A stretch of DNA of 64,000 nucleotides from positions 76,384,001 to 76,448,000 of the forward strand of contig OX597824.1 of assembly GCA_951406725.2 (NCBI GenBank), read 5' to 3'. This document shows, piece by piece, positions 53,900 to 64,000 of the stretch. The notes beneath the pieces were generated by a model. It had not been told where the DNA came from, ran no database searches, and was given only the letters and a program-made list of their open reading frames with translations. This DNA comes from Octopus vulgaris. Lineage: Eukaryota. The translations under genes were made by a program, and so were the position numbers. How positions within the stretch are numbered: position 1 is the first letter of the stretch; the number at the start of each line of letters is the position of its first letter.

Positions 53900-54101
53900 A
53901 CCACGCTGGAAATAGCAGCCAAAACGTGACTCTAAAACCACATTAAATGTTCATACAACACCAGGAGAGAAGACAAGAGACAAAATAGACTAGAAAAAAT
54001 TTTTTTTTGCTAGTTTATTCTCTTTGTTTTCTCTCCTGGTTCTGTATGAACATTTAATGTGGTTTTAGAGTCAAGTTTTGGCTGCTATTTCCAGCCGTGG
54101 T
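53900..54101. repeat. Fold-back with ~95-bp arms, related to the HHR-element family
   Basis: CTGGAAATAGCAGCCAAAA..CACATTAAATGTTCATACA..ACCAGGAGAG is mirrored on the right arm. It ends in (TA)n. Confidence 0.85.
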
Positions 54102-54111
54102 GATATATATA

Positions 54112-54183
<72 letters not shown>

Positions 54184-54514
54184 GGGCTTCTTTCAGTTTC
54201 CGTTACCAAATCTAGTCACAAGGCTTTTTCGGTCGGCTTGAGGTTATAGTAGAAGACACTTGCCCAAAATACACTTTGTCGGACCGAACCTGTAACCACG
54301 TGGTTGTGAAGCATCAACCTCTATCACCTCCACCATCATCATTAACAGTATCAACATCAACGACATCGTCGTCGTTGTTAAGCGCGTGGGCGCATGAGCG
54401 TATTTATATGTGATTGAATTTGAATACACCTACACACACATACATACAGACATGCGTATATACATACATAGAAACACACATTCGCACACAAACACACACA
54501 AACATCTATATATG

Positions 54515-54558
<44 letters not shown>

Positions 54559-54622
54559 TCCCGGGTTGAGTCGGGGTTAACCACAGTAAATAAGGTACTC
54601 AATACATAGCAGAGTAAAGTAA

Positions 54623-54734
54623 TTTATTTTATAGAAGGAGCTTCTACAGGACTAGAACTGTTTCATTCAGATGAAATCTTCCATGAAATCTGAATGAAAC
54701 AGTTCTAGTCCTGTAGAAGCTCCTTCTATAAAAT

Positions 54735-54737
<3 letters not shown>
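54623..54737. repeat. Perfect fold-back with ~50-bp arms between (TA)n tracts
   Basis: TTTATTTTATAGAAGGAGCTTCTACAGGACTAGAACTGTTTCATTCAGAT and its reverse complement. Confidence 0.9.
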
Positions 54738-54785
<48 letters not shown>

Positions 54786-55233
54786 ATGTATACATATGAA
54801 TATACATAATACATATATTATGCATGTCTATATGTATGTATGTATTTCCTCGAGATAAGCTCATATAAATCTTTGATTTTGTTGGAAATGCCATATATAT
54901 TATCTCATGTAAGTCACACGTCTTTGGGCGCTCATGCACGTGTGTTTATGTGACAGTGTAATTATAATTCTATGATTCCTTGATGATTTATTACTGTATC
55001 TGCGTGATAAACACACACACACACACATGTATGAGTATAGAGGAGCTGTTTGTTGTATATATATGTGTTAATATAACATACATACAAAGATAGACACAGA
55101 CACAGACACACACGCACACACTCTCACACACGCACACACACATATACATATATAAATATGCATAGAAACATATATGTATGTATCAGTGTATGTATGCCAT
55201 TATTCAGTTTTATTTCAAAATTTCTTGCCAATA

Positions 55234-55724
55234 AGGTGGCGAGCTGGTAGAATCGTTAGCACGTTGGGCGAATTGCTTGGTGGTATTTCGTCTGCCGACG
55301 TTCTGAGTTCAAATTCCGCCGAGGTCGACTTTGCCTTTCATCCTTTCGGGGTCGATTAAATAAGTACCAGTTACCCACTGGGGTCGATATAATCGACTTA
55401 ATCCGTTTGACTGTCCTTGTTTGTCCTCTCTGTGTTTAGCCCCTTGTGGATAGTAAAGTAATATGTATTTCGTCTGCCGTTACGTTCTGAGTTCAAATTC
55501 CTCCAAGGTCGACTTTCCCTTTTATCGATTCGGGGTCGATTAAATAAGTACCAGTCATGCACCTTAAATCCCATTATCTGTCCTTGTTTGTCGCCTCTAT
55601 ATTTAGCCCTCTGTGGGCAATAAAGAAACGTTTCTTGCCAATAAGGCGGCAAGCTGGGGTCGATGTAATCGACTGGCTCCCTCCCCTAAAATTTCGGGTC
55701 TTGTGCATAGAGTAGAAAAGAATA
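55234..55724 (+). mobile_element. SINE family A composite inserted in an R4-like 3' UTR
   Basis: CTTGCCAATA is repeated at the junctions. The flanks match the 3' UTR at 7440-7530. Confidence 0.8.
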
Positions 55725-55816
55725 TTGCTTGCCAATAGTGAAAGATCCGGTTTCTAATCTAGATCCAAGGCCCCTTCATTAGAAATTCCACAACGACAGT
55801 ATTTTTGTACATATTA

Positions 55817-56382
55817 TTGGGTTGTACGGAAAGTTCGTGCCGATTTTTAAACGAAAGAAAAAGGTCAATAAATACTTGCCATTACATTTTTAATCAATCA
55901 AATATGAACCATTTTGTTGCACAATGCGTCTCCATCTTTCCTTTAACGTGATAATACCCTCTTCCCAGAATTGAGGTGGTTTCATGGCAAAGAATTCATC
56001 AAGGAATCTTTTTACGTCATCCAAGGAATTGAAATTTTTACCATTAATACTATTCTGCAGAGACCTGAATAAGTGGAAATCCGAAGGAGCAATATCTGGC
56101 GAATATGGAGGGTCGGGTAACACATCCCAGCCGAGCTGCAGCAATTTTTGTCTGGTTCCCAAAGCATCAAGTACCGAAAATGAACTTTCTTATCTTCCAT
56201 TTTAAAGGGTTACAGAATGAACACAGGTTATAGGAACATAAATCTTCTTCCACGAAAATATAGCTTAAACTGTGCTCTAAATGGAGGTGTAGTCAAATCC
56301 TATCTTATGGACTCAACCATGTTCTAAAATAAGTCGAAAGGTAAGCTACTATAAATCGGCACGAGCTTTCCGGACAACCCAA
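55817..56382 (-). mobile_element. Internally deleted mariner transposon
   Basis: Terminal inverted repeats TA|TTGGGTTGTACGGAAAGTTCGTGCCGATTT ... AAATCGGCACGAGCTTTCCGGACAACCCAA|TA. ORF 55890-56162 contains PPYSPDIAPSDFHLFRSLQN. Confidence 0.92.
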
Positions 56383-56524
56383 TAATTAACGAACTGAAAG
56401 GCGACATTTTCAATCCACCAATATTCAGAGATTCACATTTGACAAACCATATGCTTAGATTTATGCAGTGCAAATATTTCTGGGTGTCTCTTCATTTGCC
56501 ATTTTCGGATTAACCAGAACCTAA

Positions 56525-56907
56525 TCTCTCTCTATATAAACGGCAGTTTGTCTGTCTGCGTGTCTGTGTGTCTGTTTGGTTGTACCCTCACACTGACCAC
56601 AGCTTTCAACCGATTCTGATGAAACTTGACACACACATAGCCCAATATCATAATTCAAAACTAACGCAGAAAAAATTTTGAAAAGTTCCCCCAGTTCTGA
56701 AAAAAATCGATAAATTCGACATGGCGTCGAGAATCAGAAATACAAACCACAGACTGTCTAGGGGACGCAACTCGACCTTTTTAACTCGAAAAGATTTACC
56801 ATCATTTTTTCCCCCATTTTTTTTGCTATTTTTTGGCTATAACTCTCTAAAAATGCTTTATAGTTATTTCCCTTACAAACCCGAGCAATGCCGGGCGATG
56901 CTGCTAG
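56525..56907 (+). mobile_element. Non-autonomous Helitron-type element
   Basis: A|TC start, subterminal hairpin CCCGAGCAATGCCGGG and CTAG|T end. No target-site duplication. Confidence 0.75.
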
Positions 56908-57281
56908 TCAATTCCATAAATGTTTCCCCAACGCACATTAGCAAACAAGCTTGCTAGATATTCTAAACTATAGCAAGTAGCTGAGCCACTTTCGTACGAA
57001 CTTCCTAGCGCACTTTTTCACTTTCTTTGCACATGTTAACGGCATTCCATGCAGATGGGTTAGCCATGAGTGCTCAATGCCGTTAACAACATATCTTGAA
57101 AGTCCTTGTAAAATTGCAGTTGTCAATGACAGTTATGCCTTGGCTTTGAAGACAGTATTCCGCTTGGCATCACTTAAAGATACTCTGTAGATTGAACCAA
57201 CCAAAGCAAGTGCGCACACACATACACATATATAATATGTATATATATATAATTATTTTTCTGTATGTATATACATATACG

Positions 57282-57313
<32 letters not shown>

Positions 57314-57624
57314 TGTATGTATGTATGTATGTATGTACATATATATATATATATATAATATATATATACACACACATATATAATATATATATATGTGCGC
57401 ATATACATATAGATCGATAGACAGATATATATATATATATTCATTTAAATACATATGTATATATTACTATAAATATCTGTTTATCAATATATCTATCTAT
57501 TTGATAAACAGATATTCACACGCCTATATACGTAATTATAGACATATGTATTTAAATAAATATATATATATATATAGCTGTCTATCGATCTATATGTATA
57601 TATATATATATATATATGTGTGTG

Positions 57625-57729
<105 letters not shown>

Positions 57730-57783
57730 TACATACATACATACATACATTCATACAAACATACATACATACATACATATCTA

Positions 57784-57839
<56 letters not shown>

Positions 57840-58015
57840 AATTTGCTCTTACTTCTGAGTACATACACGTTTGTGTGCGTGTATAGATACAAAGATCAAT
57901 AAATAGATAAATAAATATGCGTATGTATGTCAATATGCATACATTTATATATTATTTATATTATTATATGATCGAACGGCATGCATGCTTTTCGAAGTAT
58001 ATTTTATCACTCTTA

Positions 58016-58100
<85 letters not shown>

Positions 58101-58299
58101 CGTTGCTACTATGTTAAATTGGCGTATGTCTAAACTTGGTAAAATGCGTTCTATTCAATATCTCTTGTTACTTGGAATAACCTATTCTTTTGGTCAAACT
58201 ATCGTATTTCCAGCTGCTTCAGATGCCAAAATATCAAAAATGCTCAAAGTGTAGCATAAGGGTGTTGTAATGAAATGATGAAACTATTTTTTTTTTGTT

Positions 58300-58545
58300 T
58301 CTCGGTTTCTGTGGCGTATGTGTCCCCCCCCTCTCAGCTGGACGGGACGCCAGTCCATCGCAGCGTTACTCAAGAAACAGGAAGAAAGAGTGAGAGAAAG
58401 TTGGGGGCGAAAGAGTACAACAGGGGTCGCAACCCTCTTCCCTGTCGGAGCCAATAAACACACACAACGCCCGGTCTGGGAATCGAAACCGCGATCCTCT
58501 GACCGCGAGTCCGCTGCCCTAACCATTGGGCCATTGCGCCTCCAC
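58300..58545 (-). mobile_element. SINE with a family C head and an alternative tail
   Basis: Matches 45597-45900. Confidence 0.8.
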
Positions 58546-58589
58546 AAGGCAATAACGAACGATATCTTCTTCAAGCTAGGCTGTTGTAT

Positions 58590-58810
58590 TTATTCTTTCA
58601 TTCTTTTACTTGTTTCAGTCATTTGGCCGCGGCCATGCTGGAGCACCACCTTAAAGGGTTTTAGTCGAAGAAATAGAACCCAGGACTTATTCTTTGTAAG
58701 CCAGGTACTTACTCTAACGGATAATTTTGCCGAACCGCAAAGTTACGGGGACGTAAACACACCAGCACCGGTTGTCAAGCGGTGGAGTGGGGACAAACAC
58801 AGACACAAAG

Positions 58811-58841
<31 letters not shown>

Positions 58842-59008
58842 CATATATACGACGGGCTTCTGTCAGTTTCCGTCTAAGAAATCTGTTCACAAAGCTTTGG
58901 TCAGCCGGGGCTAGACTAGAAGACAAGGTGCCATGCAGTGGGACTCAACACAGGACCATCCGGCGACAGGGAAGCAGGCTTCTTACCGCACTGCCACGCC
59001 TACGCCTA
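58590..59008 (-). mobile_element. SINE family B, diverged
   Basis: Family B motifs throughout. Confidence 0.85.
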
Positions 59009-59258
59009 TAAAAATTCCCTTACTGCGGTGTTTGGTTTGTTGCATGTACTTTTATTACGATTAAATATGACCTGCGTACTTAAAGCTGTTTATTTCAATG
59101 TTTTGATCTCTGATGATATTGCGATAATACCAGTGTAACAGTCGCGTGGCAGTAAGGTCAGAATTCCTATTAATAAATACATATTCTATATTTGAAATAT
59201 ATTCAATTTTATTTATTGAAGTGTGGTCTTCATCGTTTGATCAAGATTTATTATCCGG

Positions 59259-59308
<50 letters not shown>

Positions 59309-59342
59309 TACAGACACAGACACACACACATACACACACACA

Positions 59343-59387
<45 letters not shown>

Positions 59388-59729
59388 ACACACACACACA
59401 CGAAGGCACACAAACACACACACAAATACACACACAAACACACATACACACATGTATATATGTGTGTGTGTCTGTGTGTAGGCATGTATCACTTTCTCTC
59501 TCTTTGACTCTCTCCCTCACTTTCTCTCTCTTTCCCTCCCTCTCTCTCCCTCACTCTCTCTCCCTCACTCTCTCTCTTTCTCTGTATACCAAAGGTGTAC
59601 GCGTGGCTGAGTGGTAAAAAGTTTGCTTCCGAACCACATGGTTATGGGTTCAGTCACACTGCGTGGCACCTTCATTATCTTCTACTATTGCCTCGGGCCG
59701 ACCATAGCCTTGTGAATGGATTTGGATAC

Positions 59730-60200
<471 letters not shown>

Positions 60201-60246
60201 ATCTGTTTCAACACACGAATTCACATAAAAAATCTTGCACAACAAA

Positions 60247-60292
<46 letters not shown>

Positions 60293-60329
60293 GCAAAAAT
60301 GCTAGTTCCAAAATCTCTCTAAGAGATCA

Positions 60330-60712
60330 ACACACTAGTTGTATTAATTTCTTGAGAAATTAGGCTTCTCAAAGCCAGAAAGGAGAACACTAATTCGAAG
60401 ACTACAGATCCAATCCATCACTGGAACCGTAAAAATTTGTAAAACTTTGCAAGTTTTTCATTGAAATATATATGTACAAGTCGAGATATACAATTATATA
60501 CATAGGAATACATACATAAAACAAAACATACCAATCTTTACACATACATACATAATACATACATACATAATACATACATACATACAAACAAGAAATACCC
60601 TGCTGTTGAAGTTGAAATTCCAACGAAGTAGCCTTGGATCTAGGTTAGAAAGGGCTCTTTCTCTATTGGCATGAAATCTTGAAATAAGCCTGAACAATGG
60701 CATACATACATA
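60330..60712 (+). mobile_element. R4/Dong-like LINE 3' end with a CATA tail
   Basis: LEKLGFSKPERRTLIRRLQIQSITGTVK, followed by the same 3' UTR as 7440-7700. Confidence 0.7.
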
Positions 60713-60902
60713 AAAAGTGTTCTATAATCAGCCGCACGTATGCAATTATACACGCACAGAGTCACAAACACACAAGCCCATACATATGTGCCTGCATATG
60801 TATACATGTATATGAACGCATATAGATTGATTACTAAACAGACAAATAAATAAACAGATAGATAGACAAATAGCTAGCTAGCTAGCTAGCTAGCTAGCTA
60901 GC

Positions 60903-60943
<41 letters not shown>

Positions 60944-61127
60944 GCATGTATAATATGTCTGTTTCATTACCATATTTTTAATATAGTCAGTTTACGTATA
61001 GCGAAACCTATATAATTGAACAGATTGAATTCTGATGATACTGTGAAACTCAGAAACCAACTATACATGTCCGTTTGTGTATGTGTGTGCACGCGCATGC
61101 GTGGTGTCTGTGCGATCATACATATAT

Positions 61128-62064
<937 letters not shown>

Positions 62065-62338
62065 CATACATATATATATTATTTCTCGAGTGCCACGTCT
62101 GTTGCTCGGTTTCTATGACACTACAACATTGCTGATTCGTTAAAGGTCAGCAAATTTTAAATGGCGGAGTTAAATCTATCACATAGATCCTAGTATTTGA
62201 CGACAACTTTATTTTGTCGAATCCGAACGGATGAAAGGCAAAGTTGACCCCAGTGTGGTTTGAACTTAGAACGTAAAGAACCGGAAGAAAACCTGTTAAG
62301 CGTTTTGTCGACTTGCTAACGATTCTGCCAGCTCACCA

Positions 62339-62371
62339 ATACATACATACATACATACATACATACATACA

Positions 62372-62402
<31 letters not shown>

Positions 62403-63172
62403 GCATACATACATACATACATACATATACATACATACATACATACATACATACATACATACATACATACATACATACATACATACATGCATGCATGCAT
62501 ACATACATACATACATACATACATACATACATACATACATACATGCATGCATGCATACATACATACATGCATGCATACATACATACATACATGCATGCAT
62601 ACATACATACATACATACATACATGCATACATACATATATACATACATACAAACATACATACATACATACATACATACATGCATACATACATACATACAT
62701 ACAAGCATACATATACATACATACATACATACAGGCATACATATACATACATACATACTTGCACACATACATACATACATACATACATACATACATGCAT
62801 ACATACATACATACATACATGCATACATACATACATACATGCACACATACATACATACGTACGTACGTACATACATACATACATACGTACATACATACAT
62901 ACATGCATACATACATACATACATGCATACATACATGCATACATACATACATGCATACATACATACATACATACATGCATACATACATACATGCATGCAT
63001 ACATACCTACATACATACATACATACATACATGCATACATACATACATACATGCATACATACATACATACATGCATACATACATACATACATACATACAT
63101 GCATACATACATACATACATACATACATACATACATACATACATGCATACATACATACATGCATACATACAT
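62339..63172. repeat. ~830-bp (CATA)n/(CATG) compound microsatellite
   Basis: Directly visible. It is the source of the long HTYI/MYVC ORFs. Confidence 0.95.
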
Positions 63173-63174
63173 AC

Positions 63175-63425
63175 TCCTTGAGCAACATTCTTTGTCTGAT
63201 AACCGAGAATACATGCCCAAAGGTATAGCACGACTCTACCCTAACGTATCATCAGATGAAAGGATGAGCCTATCATATGACTTCCTCTATCCAGATTACA
63301 AGTTCAGGTGCATACCTGTAATTATTGGGTCCTTGTGTTATGTAACACACTGCCTAAATGCCCATCTTGAGACATTAGGCTTCTCAAAATCAGAAAGGGG
63401 AAAGCTGGTTCGAAGACTACAGCCT
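63175..63425 (+). mobile_element. R4/Dong-like LINE fragment
   Basis: LYPDYKFRCIPVIIGSLCYVTHCLNAHLETLGFSKSERGKLVRRLQ, homologous to the 7.7 kb and 60.3 kb copies. Confidence 0.7.
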
Positions 63426-63514
63426 TTGTGTTTGTGACTCTATGCCTATATTTGCATGCGTGCGGCTGTTTACAATATATTGTATGATATGGATAGAGAA
63501 TCCTCTTCTTGTTT

Positions 63515-63790
63515 GTATGCATGTATGTATGTATGTATGTATGTATGTATGTATGTATGTATGTATGTATGTATGTATGTATGTATGTTTGTTTGTATGT
63601 GTGCATGCATGTATGTATGTATGTTTGTTTGTATGTGTGCATGCATGTATGTATGCATGTATGTATGTATGTATGTATGCATGTATGTATGTATGTATGT
63701 ATGTATGTATGTATGCATGTATGTATGTATGTATGTATGTATGTATGTATGCGTGTATGTATGTATGTATGTATGTATGTATGCGTGTAT
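63515..63790. repeat. (TATG)n microsatellite
   Basis: Directly visible. Confidence 0.95.
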
Positions 63791-63920
63791 GTGCATATAT
63801 GTATGTCAGTCTACATGTGTCTATCTTTGCAAGGTTGTTGGTTTATATGCATTTTTGTATGCACGAATATATGCAGATGTAAATGTATGCATGCATACAT
63901 ATGCACGCATACATATGCAC

Positions 63921-63968
<48 letters not shown>

Positions 63969-64000
63969 CAAAGGAGAGAGTAAGACAGAGAGAGAGAGAG

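Noticed and set aside
61030-61056. CTGATGA-TACTGT-GAAAC-TC
   Set aside because: There is no room for stem III and stem II is negligible, so it is likely chance.
62296-63968. Long HTYI/MYVC ORFs, and similar YIYI, THTH and LSIY ORFs elsewhere
   Set aside because: They are translations of stop-free microsatellites.

Overview
AT-rich, repeat-dense animal DNA. The SINE families and the abundance of (TA)n/(CA)n/(CATA)n/(TATC)n arrays match what I recall for octopod cephalopods (probably Octopus); this was not confirmed by a search. I see no intact protein-coding gene. Most listed ORFs come from microsatellites or SINEs. Recognisable elements: tRNA-derived SINEs of about four families, a decayed Penelope-like element (GIY-YIG), RTE and R4/Dong-like LINE fragments, a deleted mariner, a Tc1-like relic, a MITE, a non-autonomous Helitron, and tentative GPCR, LRR and cadherin-like relics. 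The main signal is a set of type I hammerhead ribozymes (HHRs) in non-coding elements that mostly sit in (TA)n tracts. The clearest is a near-identical 485-bp tandem array at 16593-19263, with an internal inversion and five complete HHRs, which resembles a retrozyme. Further intact or variant HHRs occur near 29.1, 35.7, 37.9, 46.7, 49.6, 51.3 and 60.0 kb. Many lie in fold-back structures, and several share a downstream TTTTGGCTGYTATTTCTAG motif. My inference is a family of Penelope-mobilised, ribozyme-carrying elements. All structures and alignments were read by eye, and repeat boundaries are approximate.
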